Shown piece after piece: positions 17,272 to 24,663 of a stretch of 64,000 nucleotides of DNA (its first letter is position 1; each line of letters begins with the position of its first letter). This stretch comes from Candidatus Aminicenantes bacterium (GTDB lineage Bacteria; Acidobacteriota; Aminicenantia; Aminicenantales; Aminicenantaceae). Under the pieces are notes generated by a model. That model worked only from the letters and a program-made list of their open reading frames with translations, was not told the DNA's origin and ran no database searches. The position numbers and the translations under genes are program-made. Location: assembly GCA_041686095.1 (NCBI GenBank), contig JAWLEN010000002.1:8143-72142 (forward strand). Reading direction: 5' to 3'.

Positions 17272-18345
17272 TCAGAGCCATTTCTTTTTTTTGAAATAGG
17301 TGACCATGACAAGAGCCACCAGAGCCATAATACCCAGGACTGCAAAATAACCAAACGGCCATTTAAGTTCGGGCATGAATTCAAAGTTCATGCCGTATAT
17401 TCCAGCGATAAAGGTCAAAGGGATGAATATGGTTGCAATGATAGTGAGGACTTTCATGACCTCGTTCATGCGGTTGCTGATGGTGGATAGATAGGTATCG
17501 TGCATGCTTAAAATCATTTCCCTATATGTTTCAATGGTATCGATCACATGAATGGTGTGGTCGTAGACGTCCCGAAAAAAACGGAGAGTTTCTTTTTGGA
17601 TAAGAGGAGATTCCAGCCTTTCCACACTGCTGGTCATTTCTCTCAAAGGCCAAACAGATTTGCGAAGCAGTATCATTTCTCTTTTCAGGTCATGAATTTG
17701 ATGCATTGTTTTTTCATCTGTGGTACCTGCCAGAGAGTCCTCGATGTTTTCCACTTTGTCTCCTAGTTTTTCCAGAATCAAAAAGTAATGATCCACTATA
17801 ATATCTGTAATCGAATAGGCCAGGTAATCAGAGCCGCTTTTACGGATAAGGCCTTTCCCGCTGCTGATTCTATCCCTTATCGGATTGAACAGATCTTCCT
17901 CTTTTTCCTGAAAAGACAGAACATAATTTTCACCCAGTATCAGACTGACCTGTTCTTCCGTAACTTTATCTTGTTTGTTGTCATAGAAAAGCATTTTCAA
18001 AACAATAAAAATGTAATCATCAAATTCTTCCACTTTGGGACGCTGTCTTGGATTCATAATATCTTCCATGGTTAAGGGGTGCAGACCAAAATCTTTTCCT
18101 AATTTTTTTATGATTTCAGCTTCGTGAATTCCATCAATATTGATCCATGTCACTGTAGGTTTGTTTTTAAAAGAACAACATTCCTCAATTCGGCTGATTT
18201 CCTTTTTTATGACGTTCTCTGCATCGTAATCAATAAGTGTTATCTTTATTTTTTCTTTTTTTCTATCTCCCATGTAAACAGGAGTCCCTGGAGGAAGGCC
18301 GATTTTGTGTTTAAATCCTTTGGTCAATCTAAATATTTTTTTCAC
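17272..18345 (-). CDS. corA: CorA magnesium/cobalt transporter
   Basis: 357 aa with a C-terminal two-TM region carrying YGMNFEFMPEL (GMN motif). GTG start with RBS GGAGGG 6 nt upstream. Confidence 0.9.
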   Translation of the reverse strand: MKKIFRLTKGFKHKIGLPPGTPVYMGDRKKEKIKITLIDYDAENVIKKEISRIEECCSFKNKPTVTWINIDGIHEAEIIKKLGKDFGLHPLTMEDIMNPRQRPKVEEFDDYIFIVLKMLFYDNKQDKVTEEQVSLILGENYVLSFQEKEEDLFNPIRDRISSGKGLIRKSGSDYLAYSITDIIVDHYFLILEKLGDKVENIEDSLAGTTDEKTMHQIHDLKREMILLRKSVWPLREMTSSVERLESPLIQKETLRFFRDVYDHTIHVIDTIETYREMILSMHDTYLSTISNRMNEVMKVLTIIATIFIPLTFIAGIYGMNFEFMPELKWPFGYFAVLGIMALVALVMVTYFKKKKWL

Positions 18346-18411
18346 TTTTCCCTCCTTTCATCAACCATCGCTATTCAATTAAAGGCTGATGTGTTCAATA
18401 TAACAGAAACA

Positions 18412-18423
18412 ATGAATAATCCA
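18412..18423 (+). repeat. instance of the over-represented ATGAATAATCCA motif
   Basis: ATGAATAATCCA in the corA / UPF0316 intergenic region. Same 12-mer as 21109-21120 and reverse complement of 21063-21074. Confidence 0.6.
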
Positions 18424-18543
18424 AATTAAAAAAACACACCCTTTAGACGATTTAAAGTATTTTTTTTAGGTATTTGTTTTTTTATAATAACATGTGTATT
18501 TTATATAAAGTTCATTTTCTTGGAAGGAGAAATATTAAGAGCG

Positions 18544-19140
18544 ATGGAAGCAATCATAAGCACAGAACTTTTTAAGTGGGTGATACTCCCTATTCTTATA
18601 TTTTTATCACGAATATTTGATGTTTCCCTAGGCACCCTGCGAATTGTTTTTGTATCCAGAAGACTTAAATACCTGGCTCCTGTTATTGGTTTTTTTGAGG
18701 TCATTGTATGGCTGTTGGCAATAAATACAATTATTACCCACTTAAGTAATGCTGTGGGGTATTTAGCCTATGGGCTGGGATTTGCTGCTGGGACTTTTAT
18801 TGGAATCTGCATAGAAGAGAAACTGGCTGTTGGCAATGCTGTCTTACGGGTTATCACTAGGATGAAAGCGCCTGAACTGATAAAGGAGTTGAGAGAAAAA
18901 GGATATCCTGTGACTAAAGTCGACGCACAGGGAAAACAAGGAGAAGTCTGTATTCTTTTTATGGTCATTCGAAGGTGCGATTATGATGAAGTCATCTCCA
19001 TATTGAGAAAGCACAATCCTAAAGCCTTTTATACTCTTGAAGATGTCAGAGTAGTCAGTAAAAAAGGATTTCCCTTTGGTAGAGGACCGAGGATCAACAG
19101 ACACTACGGTCCTTTTAGGTTTTTTAGAAAAGGGAAATAA
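18544..19140 (+). CDS. UPF0316/DUF2179-family membrane protein
   Basis: N-terminal TM helices (WVILPILIFLSRIFDVSLGTLRIVFVSRR) and a C-terminal DUF2179-like soluble domain. ATG 18544 preferred over the TTG at 18520. Confidence 0.6.
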   Translation: MEAIISTELFKWVILPILIFLSRIFDVSLGTLRIVFVSRRLKYLAPVIGFFEVIVWLLAINTIITHLSNAVGYLAYGLGFAAGTFIGICIEEKLAVGNAVLRVITRMKAPELIKELREKGYPVTKVDAQGKQGEVCILFMVIRRCDYDEVISILRKHNPKAFYTLEDVRVVSKKGFPFGRGPRINRHYGPFRFFRKGK

Positions 19141-19203
19141 GCAAAGTGAGATTGAGACTTTGATTGACAATATTTATTTTTCGATTTATAAATAAGGAAG
19201 ATA

Positions 19204-20142
19204 ATGGCCATTCGAAGGTGTCCTTACTGCAAAGCAATCATTGAAGATGATGGTGAATACTGTTCTAATTGTGGAACAAGACTTATATTTCCGGAAGACG
19301 AGGAAATAGAAGAGGAAATTCCTGGAGAAAAAATAGTGGATGAAGAGGAAGAGGATAAAAAAGAAGAAGACTTTGAACAAGAAAAAATTGAAGAAGAGGA
19401 AGAAGAGGAAGAAGAGCTTGAAGCAGAAAAGATAGAGGAAGAAAAGTCAGTAAAGGAAACCAAAGGTCTTCCTGAAGAAAAATTAACAGACGAAGAGATT
19501 AAGGCTGAAATAGAAGAGGGGAAGCAGCCTTCCTTAAAAACAGAGGACCTGCGGAATGCCCTTGATTCTTCGGAAAAAGAAAAAAAGGAAATAGAATCCT
19601 TTCTTGATTCTTTAAAAAAAGAACGCCAGGATATTAAAGACAGAATAGAAGAAGTCGAGGGGGAACTTCCTCCATGGGCAGAAACTATAAAGGAAGAAGA
19701 AAAGCAGGAAAAAACAGAAAAAGAAGAGGAAGAATCCGAACAGAAGTTTTTTGAAGACCTGGAAGCAGTGGATGAGGAGGAAGAGGAGGAAATGGCCGAA
19801 GAACCAGAAGTTGAAACAGATGAACAAACAGAGCTTCCCTTTTACAAAGATAAAGAGGCAAAAGCAAAAAAAAAGAAAATAAAGCTCTATAAAAAGCCTT
19901 CTATAAAAATTTCGGATTGGGTAAAGTCTCGGATATTTGATGTGCTTTTTATTGGAGGATTATGGTTTATCACTTTATGGATTGCTTCCTATCTGACTTC
20001 AGTGACTGTATTTCAGCTTATTTCCGGTTCTGTTTTTGCTGTGGCGGCCTTTTTTATCATTCTGCTTTCTGTTTATTTCTTTTTCTTTTTCTTTTTTCTT
20101 GGAGAAACCATCGGGGACTATGTATTTCCCAAACAAAACTAA
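19204..20142 (+). CDS. zinc-ribbon / poly-acidic / C-terminal membrane (RDD-like) protein, unknown function
   Basis: N-terminal CPYCKAIIEDDGEYCSNCG zinc ribbon. About 200 aa of E/K-rich low complexity encoded by GAA/GAG runs. Two or three C-terminal TM helices ending in an FFFFFFF tract. Confidence 0.5.
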   Translation: MAIRRCPYCKAIIEDDGEYCSNCGTRLIFPEDEEIEEEIPGEKIVDEEEEDKKEEDFEQEKIEEEEEEEEELEAEKIEEEKSVKETKGLPEEKLTDEEIKAEIEEGKQPSLKTEDLRNALDSSEKEKKEIESFLDSLKKERQDIKDRIEEVEGELPPWAETIKEEEKQEKTEKEEEESEQKFFEDLEAVDEEEEEEMAEEPEVETDEQTELPFYKDKEAKAKKKKIKLYKKPSIKISDWVKSRIFDVLFIGGLWFITLWIASYLTSVTVFQLISGSVFAVAAFFIILLSVYFFFFFFFLGETIGDYVFPKQN

Positions 20143-20160
20143 CCTGAACTATTCATAAAA
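20141..20160 (-). repeat. AT-rich repeat motif instance (reverse orientation)
   Basis: AACCTGAACTATTCATAAAA is the reverse complement of TTTTATGAATAGTTCAGGTT. Its first bases overlap the TAA stop (20140-20142) of the preceding gene. Confidence 0.7.
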
Positions 20161-20183
20161 TATGTATGCATTTTTATACAATA

Positions 20184-20276
20184 CTGTGATACATATGAAG
20201 TATTATATTTATTAAGAGGAGAGGGCAGGGGATGAGGAATCCCCTGTGAGGGCGGAGCGGGCATGGTTCCTCTTTA
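20184..20276 (+). repeat. GC-rich structured repeat, truncated copy C (leader + first ~60 nt of core)
   Basis: CTGTGATACATATGAAGTATTATATTTATTAAGAGGAGAGGGCAGGGGATGAGGAATCCCCTGTGAGGGCGGAGCGGGCATGGTTCCTCTTTA matches copy B positions 57327-57420 with 5 hand-counted mismatches. It ends where the full copies continue GAGGGGAGCG. Confidence 0.85.
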
Positions 20277-20308
20277 TTTTGATAAATGTTTCATTTCAGC
20301 AGGATAGG

Positions 20309-21052
20309 TTATAATTTAAAAGTTTCGCCAAGAAATTTTTGCTTGGCTTTTTTGTCTGAGGCTATGGTTTCAGGAGTTCCTTCCACCAAAATATTTCCGT
20401 TGTCTATGACATAAGCATAGTCAGTGATTTTTAATGTGTCCCTTACATTATGGTCAGATAAAAGAATTCCAATGCCTTTGTCTTTTAAATTTTTGAGTAT
20501 TCTTTGAAGTTCAATAATGGTCAGAGGATCTATTCCTGTGAAAGGTTCATCTAGAAGAAGGAATTTGGGATTGAGCGCCAAAGAGCGAGAGATTTCGAGC
20601 TTTCTTCTTTCACCTCCGGACAGACTGTGAGCTGATTGCTTGGCCAGTGAAAGGAGTCCCATTTCAGAGAGAAGATTTCTGGTTATTTTCTCTTGTTCGT
20701 CTTTATCATAGTCTTTAAGTTCAAGAATCATTTTCAAGTTATTCTCAACACTGGTTTTCATGAATACTGAATTTTCTTGAGGAAGATAAATGATTCCCTT
20801 TTCTGACCTTTGAGTAGTGGAAAGATGAGATATGTCTTCATCGTCTAGATAAATATTTCCTTTATCTGGTGCAGTCAGTCCTGTTACCATGCGGAAGGTA
20901 GTGGTTTTTCCCGCTCCGTTTCTTCCCAGGAGTCCTGCAATAAAGCTGGATTTGACTTTGATGTGTACATCTTTAACCACTGGACGCTGGTTAAAGCTTT
21001 TTCTTAGATTTTCAGCTCTTAACGTTGACATTTTGTGTGTTTTATTATTCAT
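20309..21052 (-). CDS. lptB: LPS export ABC transporter ATP-binding protein LptB
   Basis: Walker A GRNGAGKTT, LptB-type IIYLPQENSVFMKTSVENNL, signature LSGGERRKLEI, Walker B LLLDEPF. Confidence 0.85.
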   Translation of the reverse strand: MNNKTHKMSTLRAENLRKSFNQRPVVKDVHIKVKSSFIAGLLGRNGAGKTTTFRMVTGLTAPDKGNIYLDDEDISHLSTTQRSEKGIIYLPQENSVFMKTSVENNLKMILELKDYDKDEQEKITRNLLSEMGLLSLAKQSAHSLSGGERRKLEISRSLALNPKFLLLDEPFTGIDPLTIIELQRILKNLKDKGIGILLSDHNVRDTLKITDYAYVIDNGNILVEGTPETIASDKKAKQKFLGETFKL

Positions 21053-21062
21053 TTTAAGTACT

Positions 21063-21120
21063 TGGATTATTCATGAAAAATGGCGATATTGTGAATATGA
21101 CAAATACCATGAATAATCCA
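21063..21120. repeat. 58-bp element bounded by perfect 12-bp inverted repeats, filling the lptB / DUF1848 intergenic gap
   Basis: TGGATTATTCAT (21063-21074) ... ATGAATAATCCA (21109-21120). The interior GAAAAATGGCGATATT is homologous to the ATCGCCATTTTT part of the AT-rich repeat family. The intergenic gap is only 67 bp. Confidence 0.7.
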
Positions 21121-22016
21121 TGAGTAATACTAGAACCACACCCATTGGGTGTCAAGTTATTATGAAGAAAGTTATAAGTGCCTCAAGAAGGAGTGATTTG
21201 GTTGCCTTTTTTACTCCGTGGTTGAGTCAAAGTTTACACAATGAATCAGCTTTGGTCTATGGTCCTTTAGGTCATAAATATTCAGTCAACTTAAGTCCTG
21301 AAAGAGTTCATACTATAGTGTTTTGGTCAAAAGATTTTTCAAATATGATAGGCGACAAGAATCACCTACTAAAAAACATAAAAAAGTATGATCAAATTTA
21401 TCTTCATTTCACTATAACTGGCCTGGGAGGGACTTTTATTGAAAGAAAAGCTCCTTTTCCCCATGAAGCCATAAAACAGTTTGATGAATTGATAAAAATC
21501 GCAGGAAGTCCCAATCGGATTTCAGTAAGATTTGATCCCGTGATATTTTGGAAAGATAAAGGAGGACAACACAGCAATACCCAATTTTTTGAAAGATTAG
21601 CTCCTGAAGTGAGTTCAAGAGGAATCAAGGATGTGAGATTCAGCTTTGTCCAGTGGTATGGGAAAGCCAAAAAAAGAGCTCTCAAACATAATTTTCAGTA
21701 TATCGATCCTCCGAAAGAGGAAAAAATAGAGACAGCTCAATATTTAGCGGAAATCGCCCGGAAATGGGGAATAAATCTTTATTCTTGCAGTCAAGATTTT
21801 TTAACTGTTATAGAGGGGATTCAACCTTCTGCCTGTATAGACGGTTCTCTTTTACAAAGGCTTCATCCCAATAATGAACCCGTATCTCTCAAAAAGGATA
21901 AGAGTCAGAGAAAAGAATGCCGGTGTACAGAGTCCATTGATATAGGGAGCTATAAGCAGAGTTGTCCTCATGCTTGTTTATACTGCTATGCCAACCCCTC
22001 TTTGGGTGATTCATAA
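21120..22016 (+). CDS. DUF1848-family protein
   Basis: VISASRRSDLVAFFTPWL near the N-terminus and a C-terminal Cys cluster (CRCTESIDIGSYKQSCPHACLYCYAN), as I recall for DUF1848. The true start may be ATG 21162 (MKKVISASRR). Confidence 0.6.
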   Translation: MSNTRTTPIGCQVIMKKVISASRRSDLVAFFTPWLSQSLHNESALVYGPLGHKYSVNLSPERVHTIVFWSKDFSNMIGDKNHLLKNIKKYDQIYLHFTITGLGGTFIERKAPFPHEAIKQFDELIKIAGSPNRISVRFDPVIFWKDKGGQHSNTQFFERLAPEVSSRGIKDVRFSFVQWYGKAKKRALKHNFQYIDPPKEEKIETAQYLAEIARKWGINLYSCSQDFLTVIEGIQPSACIDGSLLQRLHPNNEPVSLKKDKSQRKECRCTESIDIGSYKQSCPHACLYCYANPSLGDS

Positions 22017-22082
22017 AATCTTCAATGTCGCTACAGCCACACCTGAATTTCTTTGGGCCTGTGTTTAGTGTTTATTTTGAGT

Positions 22083-22595
22083 TTATGTATGGATTGGGGT
22101 GCCTTCGAGATGGAGAAGGTATTTTTTCAGATCGAGTCCGGCTCTAAATCCTCCTAAAGAACCGTCAGTTTTTATGACTCTATGGCAGGGTACAGCAATA
22201 AGAAATGGATTTTTTCCCAAAGCGTTGCCCACACTCCGGTATCCTTTGTGATTTATTTTCTGGGCTATTGATTTATATGTTTCAACGCAGCCAAAGGGAA
22301 TTTTTTGTGTGATATCCCAGATTTTTCTCTGAAAAGGAGTTCCTGCTGAAAAATCAAGCTTAAGAGAAGAGAAATCAACAGGTTTACCCTCGAAATATCG
22401 TCTGAATAATTCAGTCTCAAGCTTAAACTCTTGTTCAGAGAAAGTTAAGGAGATATTTGATTTTTTATATTGATCCACAAGAGGCTTTATAGAGTTATGA
22501 TTTTCGCTATATTGTATCTTTTGAAGACCTTTTTGATTCTTTATGAGAAAAAGACATCCTTTTTTAAAGGAAATCCGGGCTAAATGCCATGGCAT
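22083..22595 (-). CDS. ogt: methylated-DNA--protein-cysteine methyltransferase (Ogt/MGMT)
   Basis: C-terminal IPFGCVETYKSIA...NPFLIAVPCHRVI contains the PCHR active-site motif. Confidence 0.8.
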   Translation of the reverse strand: MPWHLARISFKKGCLFLIKNQKGLQKIQYSENHNSIKPLVDQYKKSNISLTFSEQEFKLETELFRRYFEGKPVDFSSLKLDFSAGTPFQRKIWDITQKIPFGCVETYKSIAQKINHKGYRSVGNALGKNPFLIAVPCHRVIKTDGSLGGFRAGLDLKKYLLHLEGTPIHT

Positions 22596-22597
22596 TT

Positions 22598-23350
22598 TTA
22601 TACCCCGAGGGATAGCCTGTCAGCAAGAGAATGAGGCAAACCTGCTTTTTTGATTTTATCCTGAGCTTTTTTTATATCATATTTCATCCGATAAAAAGTT
22701 ACCTTATTTTCATCAGACTCGTAAATGGCACAGGCAGCCATGTTGTTTCGGTCTCTAGGCTGTCCCACTGAACCTGGATTGATGAGGTACTGGATGTTTT
22801 TTTTCATGGCCACTTCCTTGATTTTTCCGGACATATAAGTTCCTTTGACTAAATTGTTTTCTAGAGAATAAACAAAAGGAAGATGAGTGTGTCCAAAAAA
22901 AGTAACCGGAGTTTCCAAATAAGCAAAGGCTTCAGCTGCATCCATCTCTCCGAATATATAGTAATCTTCGTCAAAAGGGGCTCCATGGCAAATGGTGATA
23001 TTCTTATGAACATTAAGAGGTCCTTTTTTCAGCTGACAGAGAAAATCCATGTTTCCATCAGTAAGGTTTTCCCTGGTCCATATTATGGCTGCAGCAGCAA
23101 CTGAATTGAAACCTTCCAGAGAATCAATATTAGCCACGGCTTTGTCATGATTTCCTCTGATAGTAGAGATTGACTTTATGGCTCGAATTTTATTGATGAC
23201 ATCATCAGGATTGGCACCATAACCCACTAAATCTCCCAAAAAAATAAAGTGATTGATGCTTTTTTCCTCAGCAAATCCAAGAACAGAATTCAGTGCTTCT
23301 AGATTTCCGTGGATATCAGTGAATATTAAATAGCGCATTTCAGTGCTCAC
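22598..23350 (-). CDS. calcineurin-like metallophosphoesterase
   Basis: FTDIHGN, FLGDLVGYG, RGNHD, GHTH motifs in canonical order. Confidence 0.8.
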   Translation of the reverse strand: MSTEMRYLIFTDIHGNLEALNSVLGFAEEKSINHFIFLGDLVGYGANPDDVINKIRAIKSISTIRGNHDKAVANIDSLEGFNSVAAAAIIWTRENLTDGNMDFLCQLKKGPLNVHKNITICHGAPFDEDYYIFGEMDAAEAFAYLETPVTFFGHTHLPFVYSLENNLVKGTYMSGKIKEVAMKKNIQYLINPGSVGQPRDRNNMAACAIYESDENKVTFYRMKYDIKKAQDKIKKAGLPHSLADRLSLGV

Positions 23351-24224
23351 TAAATAAACTATTATACAGATTATGAGCTTTGTAGGAACTTCTAACTAAA
23401 GGTCCTGATTCGACCTGCTTGAATCCCATATTCAGAGCTTTGTTTTTCAAATCCTTGAATTCGTGTGGAGTGTAGTATTTTTTCACCGGAGAATTTGAGC
23501 TGGTTGCTTGAAGATACTGTCCTACAGTCAATAAATCACAGGAAACGTTTCTCAGGTCTTTAAGTGTCTGCATGATTTGCGAATAATTTTCTCCGAGCCC
23601 CACCATTATTCCAGATTTAGTAAAAGCTCCCATTTTTTTGGCTTCCTTCAGTACCTGAAGAGAACGTAAGTAATTTTGGGGTACTCTGTTGATGGAAGAG
23701 TAGAGGTCGCGGGGAACTTCCAGGTTATGGTTGATGACAGAAGGTCTGCTTTGAATCACTGTTTTTAAGGCCTCTATGCTGCCTTTAAAATCTGGAATGA
23801 GAACTTCTACTTTTATCCCCGGAGAGTTATCCTTAACTGTTTTGACTGTTTCAGCAAAAAAAGAAGCCCCTCCGTCTTGGAGGTCGTCTCGTGTGACAGA
23901 GGTGATCACTGCGTATTTAAGCTCCATACATTCAACAGCTTCAGCTATTCTTTCAGGCTCATCTGGGGAAAGTTCCTTGGGATTCCCTGATTTGACTGCG
24001 CAGAAACTGCAGTTCCTAGTGCAAACATCTCCCATGATTAAAAAGGTTGCGGTCTTTTTTGACCAGCATTCATAGATATTAGGGCATTTGGCACTCTGAC
24101 AAATGGTATAGATTTCTTTTTTTCTTAATAAGCCGGAAACTTTAAAAAAGTTATTATGGGTGGGGAGTTTGACCTTCAACCACGAAGGTTTATGTGTTCT
24201 TACTTCTTTTTCTGAGGCTTCCAC
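23340..24224 (-). CDS. lipA: lipoyl synthase
   Basis: Auxiliary cluster CQSAKCPNIYEC, radical-SAM CTRNCSFCAV, C-terminal RSSY. Confidence 0.9.
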   Translation of the reverse strand: MEASEKEVRTHKPSWLKVKLPTHNNFFKVSGLLRKKEIYTICQSAKCPNIYECWSKKTATFLIMGDVCTRNCSFCAVKSGNPKELSPDEPERIAEAVECMELKYAVITSVTRDDLQDGGASFFAETVKTVKDNSPGIKVEVLIPDFKGSIEALKTVIQSRPSVINHNLEVPRDLYSSINRVPQNYLRSLQVLKEAKKMGAFTKSGIMVGLGENYSQIMQTLKDLRNVSCDLLTVGQYLQATSSNSPVKKYYTPHEFKDLKNKALNMGFKQVESGPLVRSSYKAHNLYNSLFSEH

Positions 24225-24284
24225 TTATTTTTTTCGCTGATATGAATTGATTGGGAGGAGAAACCTTGGATAGTATCGGAGGAA

Positions 24285-24494
24285 TTAATAATAATTGTTC
24301 TGCCGGTCTCTTCTCAAGCGTCTTCTCATCCTCTTTCTTGCTTGAGCATCCTTCAGCCTTCTTTTCTCACCCGGTTTAATGTACACAGAATGCTTTTTTA
24401 TTTCTTTAATGATTGATTCTTGCTGTACTTTTCGTTTGAATCTTCTCAAAGCAGCTTCGATGTTTTCGCCTTCGTCAACGACTACAAATGCCAA
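24285..24494 (-). CDS. rpsU: 30S ribosomal protein S21
   Basis: ...VVVDEGENIEAALRRFKRKVQQESIIKEIKKHSVYIKPGEKRR... The track's GTG at 24503 sits inside the SD (AAGGAGGTG). TTG at 24494, 8 nt after GGAGG, gives MAFVVVDEGE..., which fits S21 N-termini. Confidence 0.85.
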   Translation of the reverse strand: MAFVVVDEGENIEAALRRFKRKVQQESIIKEIKKHSVYIKPGEKRRLKDAQARKRMRRRLRRDRQNNYY

Positions 24495-24584
24495 TAATTT
24501 CACCTCCTTATCTCAAGGTACAAAATTTATAACTTATTTATGTTTTAATGTCAACCCTGACAGAAATTTGGTCTGGTTCATATT

Positions 24585-24613
24585 TTGACAACCTCAGTTT
24601 CCTGTGTTATAAG
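24585..24613 (+). promoter_or_regulatory. sigma70-like promoter candidate for the TonB-dependent-type receptor
   Basis: TTGACA (24585-24590), 17 nt, TATAAG (24608-24613), 50 nt upstream of ATG 24664. Confidence 0.45.
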
Positions 24614-24663
24614 TTTTATCAGCATAATACAGAGGGAATCGGAGCTTTTGCTGAACAGTAAAG

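Noticed and set aside
19300-19830. GAA/GAG-rich periodic sequence that could be mistaken for a tandem repeat or CRISPR-like array
   Set aside because: It is an uninterrupted reading frame encoding a poly-Glu/Lys linker. There are no regular repeat-spacer units. No CRISPR array is present anywhere in the window.
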